NCBI GenBank assembly: GCA_018060845.1
Contig: JAGOVG010000002.1
Location: 23,581 to 87,580, forward strand
Direction: 5' to 3'
DNA from: Candidatus Woesebacteria bacterium
GTDB lineage: Bacteria; Patescibacteriota; Microgenomatia; UBA1400; UBA12108
DNA: 64,000 nt
The notes below the pieces were generated by a model. The model saw only the letters and a list, made by a program, of their open reading frames with translations. It made no database searches and was not told where the DNA came from. The position numbers and the translations under genes are program-made. Positions 31,206-41,300 of this stretch are shown here, piece after piece (position 1 is the first letter of the stretch; every line of letters begins with the position of its first letter).

Positions 31206-31920
31206 CGCGCTACTAATGCACCCAACTTATCTTTTTTGGAAAGGCATCTTAAACGATCGCTTTAAGCATGAGCAGATCAGTGTTCTTGATTATGGGTGTG
31301 GTAATGGGATACTGCTAGATCTGCTCGACGCGTCAAGTCTTAAAAAGTATCAGGGATACGACACTAGCTCCGATGCAGTTACTGTTGGTAGCACTAAATA
31401 CAAAGATAATAAAAACGTCAAATTAATAGCTATCAAGCCTAATTCGCGGCCAAATTTTGGTTTAGCAAGTTCATACGATTTAGTAATGCTAATCGGCGTG
31501 TTTCAATATTTAGAAAAAGGTGAAATCGATCATGTCATACACGATGCCAAACGGACGCTTAAAAAAGGCGGTTACCTTATGTTTAGCACTGTTCTGGATG
31601 ATGGTTTTTATAAGTTTATTAATCTATACCGATTTGTTTTTCCCAACCACTACGTTAATCGAAATAATATGGAGAATAGCCTGAAAAATGCTGGCTTTAA
31701 ACTAAGAGTCAGTAAAGCCAGGGGACTCATACTAGGTCCTCTAGTCTCTCACGGTCTGGTAATTCCGTTTGATGCGATTGACCACTATATTTTTGGGGTT
31801 AGGGGCAAAATAGGCATGCTCGGCAAGTTAGTTCGCTTGCTAGCCTTTCCGTTTATGTATCTCGAACTGCTAATACCGATTGACCGCGGATATACCTGGT
31901 ACGTCGTGGCCAAAAAATGA
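31198..31920 (+). CDS. Class I SAM-dependent methyltransferase
   Basis: VLDYGCGNGILLD motif I. Confidence 0.65.
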   Translation: MNNALLMHPTYLFWKGILNDRFKHEQISVLDYGCGNGILLDLLDASSLKKYQGYDTSSDAVTVGSTKYKDNKNVKLIAIKPNSRPNFGLASSYDLVMLIGVFQYLEKGEIDHVIHDAKRTLKKGGYLMFSTVLDDGFYKFINLYRFVFPNHYVNRNNMENSLKNAGFKLRVSKARGLILGPLVSHGLVIPFDAIDHYIFGVRGKIGMLGKLVRLLAFPFMYLELLIPIDRGYTWYVVAKK

Positions 31921-33476
31921 AAAAAATACTCTTTCTTTTAGCCACAGCTTTCATCTTAATCTTTTGGCAAGCACTACACTTGCCATTCGAAATACCTGAC
32001 GAGCAGTCGCACTTTGCGACAGTCAACTTTTTAGTCGACCAGGGGCGTATTCAAGGAGAAAAAGAGTATGACCTCTCTCGCGAGCAAGAGCAGGTAGAAT
32101 ACATCTTTGGCGTTATGACAGATGGAACGAATAAATATGCTCACAACCCTGGACATCGTATTGATTACTCCGAAGAAGCGAGTGCAAAAAATGAAGAACT
32201 TATTAAGTCGCTAAATACTCCTGATAATCGCTCGACTTACACACTACATCAAGGAGCTGTATATCCACCACTCTATTACTATCTAACAGGGCATTTTTAT
32301 CGCTTAAATTACGGATCAGATATCATTAGTCGGCTCTACACATCACGATTTTTTTCGACGTTCTTAGTCATAGCCACGATCTACGTTTACTTTCTGACTG
32401 GTAGGCTCATATGGTCATCAACTCAGATGGGATACTTTTTTGCGAGCCTAGCGCTTTTTTATCCGATGACAACGTACATCGGAGCAGGTGTAAATCCTGA
32501 CAATCTACACAATCTACTCTTTTCATTCTTCGTTTATGTCTGTATACGAGTAGTCAAGGGTGGTCTAACTTATATCGACACATTCAATTTAGCCGTACTC
32601 TTGGTCCTAGATCTACTTACCAAACCACAGGCGTACATCATGATCCCTCTAACTGTGGTTGCAATCTTGCTCTCTAACTCCAAGTTGAGTCTAAGAGTGG
32701 CACTCAGGAGCGGATTATTATATTTTGCAGTCCTTTTGATCGGAGCAGGGTGGCACGAAATCCCAAAATTTTATAGCGGTAACCCATACATTGCTGACTC
32801 GAGCGCCACCTCAATCTCTGGCATCTCGCTGCTTAGTTATCTCAAAATGATCTTCCACAAATTTACCAGCGAGTTAGTAGTCTGGTACTGGGGCGTGTTC
32901 AAATGGACTACAATCATTGTTCCAAGACTGTGGTGGTGGAGCGGGATACGGTTGATACTACTTTCTATCCTAGGATTAGTATATTTGTCTTATCGAGCTC
33001 TTAGATCAAAACACTTTGAATTTATTCATAAAGTAATAATCTTTGCGGTTGTTGCTAATAGTATTTATGTCGCAGCTCTTGTGTATTATGACTGGAACTA
33101 CTATCACCTATCAGGTAGATCGCTCGGTTTTCAAGCTCGATACTTTATGCCACTCTTATCCGCTCAGCTAATACTTATCGTGGAAGGCGTAAGAGCTTTC
33201 ACTACTAAGGTGCATCTTGGCAAGCTATTACTAGGGCTGATATTTACATATTTCTTCACACTTCAACTAGTCGCAGTATTTACCGTTGCCTCAAGCTACT
33301 ATAAAACCTCTAACATCACATCATTTATTGCTCAGGCGAGTAGGTATAAACCGCCATATTTCCAGTCTGACTTTTGGTATTTATGGCTAGGCCTATACTT
33401 AGTCAGCATGATTTATGTAGCAACATTAATCATTATTCAGATCTCAAGAGTCAAACTTAGCTCAAAAAAAGGATAA
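31917..33476 (+). CDS. Polytopic membrane protein (DUF2142-like / GT-C candidate)
   Basis: 519 aa. EIPDEQSHFATVNFL loop after TM1. Multi-TM. ATGA overlap. Confidence 0.45.
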   Translation: MKKILFLLATAFILIFWQALHLPFEIPDEQSHFATVNFLVDQGRIQGEKEYDLSREQEQVEYIFGVMTDGTNKYAHNPGHRIDYSEEASAKNEELIKSLNTPDNRSTYTLHQGAVYPPLYYYLTGHFYRLNYGSDIISRLYTSRFFSTFLVIATIYVYFLTGRLIWSSTQMGYFFASLALFYPMTTYIGAGVNPDNLHNLLFSFFVYVCIRVVKGGLTYIDTFNLAVLLVLDLLTKPQAYIMIPLTVVAILLSNSKLSLRVALRSGLLYFAVLLIGAGWHEIPKFYSGNPYIADSSATSISGISLLSYLKMIFHKFTSELVVWYWGVFKWTTIIVPRLWWWSGIRLILLSILGLVYLSYRALRSKHFEFIHKVIIFAVVANSIYVAALVYYDWNYYHLSGRSLGFQARYFMPLLSAQLILIVEGVRAFTTKVHLGKLLLGLIFTYFFTLQLVAVFTVASSYYKTSNITSFIAQASRYKPPYFQSDFWYLWLGLYLVSMIYVATLIIIQISRVKLSSKKG

Positions 33477-33489
33477 TCAACGAATCGAT

Positions 33490-34617
33490 ATGCGATATAT
33501 AATGCTGGCCGTAGTCATCTTCTTAAGTTCTGCAAATCTTGCTCGGTCTGCCGATTATAAGTACTCTCAGTACTGTTTGATTGAGTTTCGTAAACAGTTT
33601 TCCCTAGATACCCATTACCCAGAGTATAGTAGAAACTGTAGTGATGGTACCGAATTTCGTGGCAATATCGACGACCCCGAACTTTATGTTTTAGCTGGCC
33701 AACATTATATGCGAGGTGAGTCTCCAACAGCTATTAACTGGGAGCTGCAGCCGCTAATAAAGTACTTTTTTGGTATGTTCGCCCAAAATCCTTTGGTTGC
33801 ACAGTATCTCTATGCTCTAGGTGTATTTTACTTACTGTATAAGTTATCAAAACAAATACTGTTGCGCAGAAATGTTTTAGTCCATCTAATACCCGGTCTA
33901 CTTTTTCTAACAGACCACTTGACTATGGAGCAATTAAACAATCCGTATCTAGATCTAGGTCAAACTTTCTTTATCTTGTTATTTATCTATTATTTATGGC
34001 GCTATCTCGCTACAAATCATAGAGTCTCTTTCGTCGCACTGGTACTAGGACTAGTTGCACTCAGTAAATCATTCTCAATTGGTATTCTGCTTGGTTTATT
34101 CAGCATTATTTCCATCTATTTAATTGACAAAAAAAAGCTGGGAAAATATCTCAGAAGCCTATATATTTCGGTGGTTGTGTACCTTCTAGGTTATGCAGCT
34201 TTCTTTGTATACCATAAGCCTCAAGACTTTATAACCCTCCACATAGATATCTTGAGATACTACAAATCATACGTCCCTGAGTATCCTAAAGGTGAGATTT
34301 TTCGCATTATCTTTACTGGTCAGTGGCGGACTTGGTGGGATAACCACGACTTAATTAGTGTAAGCACTTGGAGTATCCTGTGGCCAATTTCCATACTTTC
34401 AACGCTAACAATAATCAACCAAAAGCTGCGTCAGAACCCACTTATATTTATGAGTTCGATCTGGATAGGATTATACTTACTATTTGTCTCTCTGAGATTA
34501 GTTTTTCCTCGGTATCTACTACCAATCTTACCGTTTGCTTACCTAAACTTAACTTACCTGATATTTAACGTTATCCCTGGGATAATTAAAACTAGGGAGT
34601 CTTCACGTTCTTCATGA
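33490..34617 (+). CDS. Membrane protein with N-terminal signal peptide and periplasmic domain, unknown function
   Basis: MRYIMLAVVIFLSSANLARSA signal-like N-terminus, Cys-containing soluble segment, then about 8 TM helices. Confidence 0.45.
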   Translation: MRYIMLAVVIFLSSANLARSADYKYSQYCLIEFRKQFSLDTHYPEYSRNCSDGTEFRGNIDDPELYVLAGQHYMRGESPTAINWELQPLIKYFFGMFAQNPLVAQYLYALGVFYLLYKLSKQILLRRNVLVHLIPGLLFLTDHLTMEQLNNPYLDLGQTFFILLFIYYLWRYLATNHRVSFVALVLGLVALSKSFSIGILLGLFSIISIYLIDKKKLGKYLRSLYISVVVYLLGYAAFFVYHKPQDFITLHIDILRYYKSYVPEYPKGEIFRIIFTGQWRTWWDNHDLISVSTWSILWPISILSTLTIINQKLRQNPLIFMSSIWIGLYLLFVSLRLVFPRYLLPILPFAYLNLTYLIFNVIPGIIKTRESSRSS

Positions 34618-34656
34618 CGAATAGGTTAATTTAACTATGCGTAGTAAAATAGCCGC

Positions 34657-35640
34657 ATGGGAAAAATCTTAGTGACAGGCGGGTGTGGGTATATTGGTAG
34701 TCATGTTGTTTTGACACTCTCAAATGCAGGTGAATCAGTTATAGTTTTTGATAATCTCACGCAAGGTAGTAAATCAGCATTAATTAACGGTGGAGTCTTA
34801 GTTGAGGGTGATATCCGAGATAAAAATGCCTTGGCTCAAGTCATGAATAATAATGACATAGAAATAGTGATACACCTTGCTGCGCTCGTCAATGCCGCAG
34901 AGAGTGTCTCCAAGGCAGAACTCTACAACGAAGTCAACTCTACTGGTTCTAGAAATGTCTGGGAGTGCGCAATCAACGCTCAGGTCAAACATATTATTTA
35001 CGCAAGTTCTGCTGCAGTATACGGGACACCTGTAAATGGCGATCCTATCAAAGAATCCGCCGTAACTATACCTACTAACCCATATGGTGAGAGTAAGCTT
35101 GCAGGAGAAAAATATCTGATCGAGCTATCACCAGAAAAGTACAACTACTTATCCTTTAGATTTTTTAACGTTGGCGGAGCAGAGAGTCAGGGTAGGTTAG
35201 GTCAAAGTCTAGAGAGTAGGGCGATTATGCAGCGCTTGTATGCGCACGCGCTAAAATTAGACGATAGCGTGACAATCAGCGGCAACGACTATGATACTAC
35301 AGATGGTACGGTAGTTCGTGACTTTGTGCATGTCCAAGATATTGCAGATGCAATCATAAAAGGCATCAAATATCTTAGAGTTGGCAATAACTCCGCTGTA
35401 ATCAATCTTGGTGGCGGAGTCGCTCACTCTATCAAAGAAGTGATTAGTATAGTACAAGATCTCGTTGACCACCCCTTAAATATTATCTACGGTCCACGAA
35501 ATCCTGGGGATATCAGTTATTCTCTCGCAGATATTTCATTAGGCGCAAAAACACTAGGTTGGAGACCGACTAAAACCATCTTTGATATCGTTAGAGACGG
35601 GTACCAGAGCTTCAAAAATAGACAATCCAATAAGGCATAA
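34657..35640 (+). CDS. galE: UDP-glucose 4-epimerase
   Basis: MGKILVTGGCGYIGSHVV, YGESKLAGEKY (Y-x3-K), FRFFNVGGA are classic GalE features. Confidence 0.8.
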   Translation: MGKILVTGGCGYIGSHVVLTLSNAGESVIVFDNLTQGSKSALINGGVLVEGDIRDKNALAQVMNNNDIEIVIHLAALVNAAESVSKAELYNEVNSTGSRNVWECAINAQVKHIIYASSAAVYGTPVNGDPIKESAVTIPTNPYGESKLAGEKYLIELSPEKYNYLSFRFFNVGGAESQGRLGQSLESRAIMQRLYAHALKLDDSVTISGNDYDTTDGTVVRDFVHVQDIADAIIKGIKYLRVGNNSAVINLGGGVAHSIKEVISIVQDLVDHPLNIIYGPRNPGDISYSLADISLGAKTLGWRPTKTIFDIVRDGYQSFKNRQSNKA

Positions 35641-35645
35641 TTACT

Positions 35646-36371
35646 ATGCCAGTTTCATTTTTATCCTTAAATATCGAAGCCGATAGGCATCTAGATAAAG
35701 TTGTTAGTTATCTAGCAGCTAACATGCCCGACGTCGTCTTTTTGCAAGAAGTCTACAAAATCCATGCCGAGGAACTAGCTGCACAGTTTGAATACCAATT
35801 ATCCTTTGCTCCTCACGTCGACTTTAATATCTCCGAACACATCTTTAAACCACTCGGAGAGTGGGGTATCGCAACGCTAACCAAAATTAAACCTGTTAAT
35901 GTACAGCTAGATTACTACTCAGAGCATCCTGTCGTGATCCCCCATGAGTTTATGAAGACATTAAAGCATCCTCGGGCACTACTAGTCTCCGAGATAGTGA
36001 TCGAGGGTAAGAGCTACTTTTTTGCTAACACTCACTTTACCTGGGCTCTCACGACCGATGCCGATGTGGTACAGCTCCCAGATTATCAAAGACTGCAAAA
36101 GTTGCTAGACAAAATGCCGAGCTTTGTCCTCGCTGGCGACCTCAACACTAACCGGGGATCGAGGGTTTATCAGGAGCTCGCTAGTCGCTATATCGACCAG
36201 CTCCCAAGTGATGTTAAGTCTACTCTCGACCCCATCTTGTTTCGCAAACCAGAGCTAAAACTAGTGGTAGATCACCTCTTCTCGACCCCTGACTATCATA
36301 TGGAAAATGTTCAGGTTATAAGTGGTTTATCTGATCATTGTGGGATATCTTGCCAAATAACCAGAGTCTAA
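35646..36371 (+). CDS. Endonuclease/exonuclease/phosphatase (EEP) family protein
   Basis: LNIEAD, FLQEV, NTHF and C-terminal SDHCGISC (catalytic His) form the EEP fold motif set. Confidence 0.6.
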   Translation: MPVSFLSLNIEADRHLDKVVSYLAANMPDVVFLQEVYKIHAEELAAQFEYQLSFAPHVDFNISEHIFKPLGEWGIATLTKIKPVNVQLDYYSEHPVVIPHEFMKTLKHPRALLVSEIVIEGKSYFFANTHFTWALTTDADVVQLPDYQRLQKLLDKMPSFVLAGDLNTNRGSRVYQELASRYIDQLPSDVKSTLDPILFRKPELKLVVDHLFSTPDYHMENVQVISGLSDHCGISCQITRV

Positions 36372-36388
36372 TGATAAACTAACTGCAT

Positions 36389-37501
36389 ATGGATCCAGAA
36401 ATCAAACCTCTCTTACCAAAAGAACCACCAACCACTCCTATCCTACAGGTGGTGGGTGAAGTGTCACCTAGCACTAGCGGGGTAGAGTCAGTTATCGCAA
36501 AAAAACCAATCGCCAAGAAAACTCTTTATCTCTATATTGGTCTCGGCATCTCCGTCATGTTAGTCATCGGCTTAGTAGCATCAGCGCAGGCCAAGTTTGC
36601 CCGCTACCAAAATAGCCAAAAAGTAGCTGTGGTCACGCCATCTCCTACTCCCGCCGCCACGCCTACCGCTACCCCCGAGCCCACCGAGGAACCAACTCCC
36701 TCACCCTCAGTTAAGCCCTCGCCATCACCTTCGCCAAAACTATCGCCATCCCCCAAGCCCTCACTCTCTCCCTCACCTAGTCCAACTCCAGTGGTCGTCG
36801 TCGACAATACTTTTACCTGTGGTACCTACAGTGGTGATAGCTATCCCGCACTCCCCGCCTACGGCAAGACTCCTCTATACGCCACCCTCTACCCATCCGG
36901 TGGTACCTCCGGCGGGATTAGTCTCGCTGGATTTGAATGGGATTTTGATGGCGATGGTGTCTGGGAGGGTGGAGTCGCCAATAGTAAGGTCGGCCGCACT
37001 TTTGATAAGTCAGGGACAGTCACGCCAAAGTTCCGCGCCAAAGGCAACAATGGTGCCGTTGGTCCTACCTGTACCTACCCGTACCAGGTGGTCGCTGGCG
37101 GTAGCACGGCATTCGAGAATGATATTTTGATGGTAGATAAACTAAGTCTCGAAACAACAGTTAGCAAATCCAAGAACAATCATACTTTCACCGGGTCTCT
37201 CACCAAATTTAACAATGACAATAGCACCATCTATGTCCCATTTATCATTATCAGTACCAAAAAAGATAATAGAACGATAGTGACCACCTATACCAACAAT
37301 ACGGCCGGCGGCAATTATGGCGCGACCACAGGCAACCCTTACATGGATGCAGGTACTGCCTACTACACCCAGCTCTGGATCAGTAAGACAATAGCCAATG
37401 GTACGTATGATGGGACCATGAAGATCCAGTACAAAGATGCTGCAGGTGTAGTAGTCTCGGATGCAACCAACGCGACCTACAAAATTACTGTCACAGATTA
37501 A
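36389..37501 (+). CDS. Membrane-anchored surface protein: N-terminal TM, Pro/Thr/Ser-rich linker, PKD-like domain, Asn/Thr-rich beta domain
   Basis: [21 protein letters not shown]. Linker [64 protein letters not shown] (PKD WDFGDG-like). C-terminal region dense in N-x-T/S. Confidence 0.6.
   Translation: MDPEIKPLLPKEPPTTPILQVVGEVSPSTSGVESVIAKKPIAKKTLYLYIGLGISVMLVIGLVASAQAKFARYQNSQKVAVVTPSPTPAATPTATPEPTEEPTPSPSVKPSPSPSPKLSPSPKPSLSPSPSPTPVVVVDNTFTCGTYSGDSYPALPAYGKTPLYATLYPSGGTSGGISLAGFEWDFDGDGVWEGGVANSKVGRTFDKSGTVTPKFRAKGNNGAVGPTCTYPYQVVAGGSTAFENDILMVDKLSLETTVSKSKNNHTFTGSLTKFNNDNSTIYVPFIIISTKKDNRTIVTTYTNNTAGGNYGATTGNPYMDAGTAYYTQLWISKTIANGTYDGTMKIQYKDAAGVVVSDATNATYKITVTD
36640..36790 (+). repeat. 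Low-complexity coding repeat (PT/SP dipeptide-like iterations) inside the 36389-37501 CDS
   Basis: Degenerate CCn-TCn/ACn iterations encode the PT/SP-rich linker. Such a tract is a potential length-variable region. Confidence 0.6.
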
Positions 37502-37548
37502 AAAATCCCTCTACTTGCAGTCTTTTCTCAATTTGCTATTCTTTATTT

Positions 37549-38148
37549 ATGGTAGTTAATCTATCTGAACGTGCTAGTGAGACAAAAAGAAAGATCGGTA
37601 GGAGTGTCTCGGTTAACGGGGTGCACGCAGTCGACGTAGACTTGATCAAAGCCGAAAATCTAAATGACCCCTTGCTAGATCTTAACATCAAAGTGAACAA
37701 TCCCATCGGGCGTCTGTGGTTAGCACTCAAGCGGATGTGGAAGAGCCAAAATACCGTGGTCGCTCTGCGCTTTACAATCCCCCTGATCGTTTTGCCCATT
37801 GCTCTCTATGTCGGGTATCGTCTGTGGCAGGGCAGGGGAGTGAGTACTCCGATGAGCAAGCTGGGGATTATCCACGAGGTTATTGTGACAGGCTCACCTA
37901 AAGATGTGTTGGTCTTGCCAACCAGTGATGTGTATATGCTGTCGTATGACCTTAGCTTTAACACGGCTCACAGGGTCACCGAGAAGCCGGTCATCGTGGT
38001 CGGTAGCTACAACCACCTAAATAACGAGCTATCCGTCCAGGACATCATCGCCTACAAACCCCTAGATATCCCGTCTACTCCCGTTAATCCAGCAGCACCA
38101 AAAGAGACTTGGGAGACTATTCTCCAGTTTATTTCGCAGTTTCGCTAG
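37549..38148 (+). CDS. Hypothetical single-pass membrane protein
   Basis: 199 aa. Charged N-terminus, TM TIPLIVLPIALYVGY, extracytoplasmic C-terminal domain. No recognised motif. Confidence 0.45.
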   Translation: MVVNLSERASETKRKIGRSVSVNGVHAVDVDLIKAENLNDPLLDLNIKVNNPIGRLWLALKRMWKSQNTVVALRFTIPLIVLPIALYVGYRLWQGRGVSTPMSKLGIIHEVIVTGSPKDVLVLPTSDVYMLSYDLSFNTAHRVTEKPVIVVGSYNHLNNELSVQDIIAYKPLDIPSTPVNPAAPKETWETILQFISQFR

Positions 38149-38168
38149 AGGTGTGAGACAATAGAGAT

Positions 38169-39446
38169 ATGTTATCTACTGTCTTAAAATTAGGCAAATC
38201 TAAAGGGTTAAAATCTGCTATCCTCATGACTATTGGCAACGTTGGTTCAACTGGTGTTGCTGCCGTTGCCATGATTATTTTTTCTAGACAACTTGGTCCT
38301 GAGCAATTTGGCATTTTCTCTGTGCTCTTTTCGCTTATGCTAATAATCTCTCGAATAGGAGATATGGGTATTAACATCGCAGTCTCTCGGGCTATCGCCC
38401 AAAATCAAGAGAACAAAACCCAGAGCCTCTCTTATGCTCAAAACGGATCCTACTTAAAAGCCATCATTATGGCAGCTGTAATAATGATTGGTCTGCTCAC
38501 TACTCCATTTATCACCGAGACACTCCTGAGTCTAACTCCTGATTTTTTGCCGATGGTACGAGCCGTCATAATACTTTCTACATCTGTGGTTGTCTACGAA
38601 TACATCAACTCTCTCCTTCAGGCTAGACAGTTCTTTGGTCTCTCAGTCTTAACCAACACAGTTCAATCTTCACTCAAGCTACTCTTGGCGCTTGCGACAT
38701 TAGTCTTTGCAGGAATTAACTTAAACACTATCACCCTAGGATACATGATCTTGCCACTTATCGGAGCAAGTGTTGGCTTTATGGCAATAAATGTGCGCGA
38801 GCTCTTGCCTAGCTATAATCCAAAAATCACAAAATCGATACTAAATGTGGTTCGATGGACCAGTATCTCTATCCTAGCTAGTGCTGTCGCCGAGAATGTC
38901 GATGTTTTAATCGTCCAGAACTATCTCTCAGCTCATGAGACAGGACTTTATGCAGCCGCAACTAGGATTGCGACTGTTGCTTCGCTAATCGGTTGGTCGC
39001 TCGGTACGGTCCTAAACATGCGAGTTGCAAAATATAAAGACAAAGTAAACCTTGATCGCTACCTAAAAAAAGGCATCATGCTCGCTATCGTTTCGCTCCT
39101 TGCGACTATCGCTCTCTGTTTTATTTCGTACCCTATTGTTACATATACTATCGGGTCAGCCTACCTGAGCGTCATCCCAACCTTAAATATTCTATTAATA
39201 TCTACCGCCTTCTTAACAGCCACTACACCGTTTGTTGCTTTGTTTTATGTCTTTGATTACCCAAGATATTTTGCAGTCTCTGGGATTATCACGGCACTTA
39301 GCTTGCTCATCTCTGACATAATCTTGATACCTTCCTACGGGTTAATCGGTGCAGGGTGGGCGAGAGTGATCACTAGACTAGTAGTCGGTATCTATACTTT
39401 ATATATTGCTTACACCCTATACCAAAAGACCTATGGCAAAAAGTAA
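38169..39446 (+). CDS. Polysaccharide/oligosaccharide flippase, MOP superfamily (Wzx-like)
   Basis: 425 aa with about 12 TM helices. Organisation is typical of Wzx/RfbX flippases and it sits inside a GT cluster. Confidence 0.6.
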   Translation: MLSTVLKLGKSKGLKSAILMTIGNVGSTGVAAVAMIIFSRQLGPEQFGIFSVLFSLMLIISRIGDMGINIAVSRAIAQNQENKTQSLSYAQNGSYLKAIIMAAVIMIGLLTTPFITETLLSLTPDFLPMVRAVIILSTSVVVYEYINSLLQARQFFGLSVLTNTVQSSLKLLLALATLVFAGINLNTITLGYMILPLIGASVGFMAINVRELLPSYNPKITKSILNVVRWTSISILASAVAENVDVLIVQNYLSAHETGLYAAATRIATVASLIGWSLGTVLNMRVAKYKDKVNLDRYLKKGIMLAIVSLLATIALCFISYPIVTYTIGSAYLSVIPTLNILLISTAFLTATTPFVALFYVFDYPRYFAVSGIITALSLLISDIILIPSYGLIGAGWARVITRLVVGIYTLYIAYTLYQKTYGKK

Positions 39447-40239
39447 AATCACCGTTCACATGATGGTCAAAAACGAGGACCAATGGGTCAGATATAGCCT
39501 GCTCTCGATCCTCCCTTATGTTGATATAGTTCTCGTGACAGATACAGGTAGTACAGATCACACGATCGAAGCAATCAAGTCTATCGATTCCCCCAAAATC
39601 AAGTTAACAATCTCACGTGCCGCAACTTCTATGGACGTCACTCGCATCCGTGAGGATCAAATAAATAACACAAAATCAGATTGGTTTTGGGTAGTCGATG
39701 GGGACGAAGTCTATCCAGAAAAAACAGCACGCGAAGTAGTTGCTGCAATTAACACAAATAAATTTGAAGGGATCACTGTCCGACGCTATGACCTACTAGG
39801 TGATATTTATCATCGTCAAAACGAAAGTGTCGGTACCTACAAAATGTGGGGTACTAGTGGTCACCTAGTGCTCAGATCACTCAATAAAAGCAAACTCAAT
39901 GGGCTACATTTGCGTGGTGGTTACCCAAACGAAGGTTACTATGACAGTAGCGGAATCGCAATTATCGATCACGACCCTGCTCTGCACTATATCACTGACA
40001 ATTACCTCTACCATGCAATGTACCTGAAAAGAAGTAGTTTAGGCGGTAATCTGGATATGTTTAATCGTTCAAAAAACAAAATCGAACTAGGGATTCCACT
40101 GGACTCTAACCCGCCTAACGTTTTTGACTCTGCACCTCTTCCATGGGAAAAAGACCCAAAAAAAAGTAGGTCTCTCACTTATCTAATACTTGCATCTCTG
40201 ATTACTCCGATCAAGTATCTCAAACGTAAAATTATATGA
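39433..40239 (+). CDS. GT2-like glycosyltransferase
   Basis: ITVHMMVKNEDQWVRYSLLSILPYVDIVLVTDTGSTDHT and VVDGDEVY (DxD). First ATG is 39433; the track start 39406 is a TTG. Confidence 0.55.
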   Translation: MAKSKITVHMMVKNEDQWVRYSLLSILPYVDIVLVTDTGSTDHTIEAIKSIDSPKIKLTISRAATSMDVTRIREDQINNTKSDWFWVVDGDEVYPEKTAREVVAAINTNKFEGITVRRYDLLGDIYHRQNESVGTYKMWGTSGHLVLRSLNKSKLNGLHLRGGYPNEGYYDSSGIAIIDHDPALHYITDNYLYHAMYLKRSSLGGNLDMFNRSKNKIELGIPLDSNPPNVFDSAPLPWEKDPKKSRSLTYLILASLITPIKYLKRKII

Positions 40240-41300
40240 AGATACTCTTTCTCAATCTTACTCAGGGGTTGGTAGATCGAGGTCTCGAGCGTGTTGTTGA
40301 TCTATATGCCCATGCACTCTCAAAAAATAATCAAGTGACGGTAGTTCAAGCAGGTCCTGTTAAACCAGAAAAAACATATCAAACTATTCGTAGCCTGAAG
40401 CTGGAGTCTGCTCCTCAGGCCGCTCCCTATAATATCTTCGAAAAACTATTATTTAGACTTGAGTGCGACCCAGCTAGTGTCGCTGCTCTCAACTTTACCA
40501 AAGCATCACTTAGATCAATCAAGACAGTTAACCCAGACATTGTAATCGCATGTAACGGCGCACCTCAAATAAAAATACTAAAGAGAGAGTTGTCTTCTCC
40601 GAAAATAGTGGCATTTGGTCAAGCAGGTATGGGTCACCATGATCTCAAGACTTTGCTTACAAAACCAGATCTCTTTATTGCTTTAACCGATGCACAAGCT
40701 ATCTGGTGCAAAAAATACGCAAGACCATCGACTAAGCTAGTAGTTATCCCTAATCCAGTCGACATTTCTAAAGTTTCAAAAAAGATCGATCTCAAACTGC
40801 CTCGCCCAGTAGTCCTAACTGTCGGCGCACTCTCCCACTACAAAAACATCACCAGAATTGCCAAAACTCTAAAATCGCTCCCTCTCACTCATATAATTAT
40901 TGGTGATGGTGAGGAGCGCAGTGTATTACAAGACATACTATCTGAGCGCAGATATGACTTTCGCTGGATAAAACATGTCAGCCCAGATGAGATTTCTGCC
41001 TACTACCGCTATAGTGATGTGTTTTGCTTTACTCCAGACCCAAGAGAAGCTTTTGGGAATGTCTATATCGAGGCTATGGCAGCAGGACTGCCCATTATCG
41101 CAACAGACGATCCCATTAGACGTGAGATCATAGGCAGTTTAGGATATTACGTAGACCACAACGATGATCAAAGTATCCGTTCAGCAGTCATAAAAGCCGC
41201 CGAAGCTGGTAGGGTTGACTATTCCTCACAGCTAAGCAGATACAATATTAAGGTAGTCTCTAAGCTATTAGAAAAAGAACTCTATGACCTCATCAAGTAA
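40236..41300 (+). CDS. GT4 family glycosyltransferase
   Basis: EAFGNVYIEAMAAGLPIIATDD GT4 block. ATGA overlap. Confidence 0.65.
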   Translation: MKILFLNLTQGLVDRGLERVVDLYAHALSKNNQVTVVQAGPVKPEKTYQTIRSLKLESAPQAAPYNIFEKLLFRLECDPASVAALNFTKASLRSIKTVNPDIVIACNGAPQIKILKRELSSPKIVAFGQAGMGHHDLKTLLTKPDLFIALTDAQAIWCKKYARPSTKLVVIPNPVDISKVSKKIDLKLPRPVVLTVGALSHYKNITRIAKTLKSLPLTHIIIGDGEERSVLQDILSERRYDFRWIKHVSPDEISAYYRYSDVFCFTPDPREAFGNVYIEAMAAGLPIIATDDPIRREIIGSLGYYVDHNDDQSIRSAVIKAAEAGRVDYSSQLSRYNIKVVSKLLEKELYDLIK

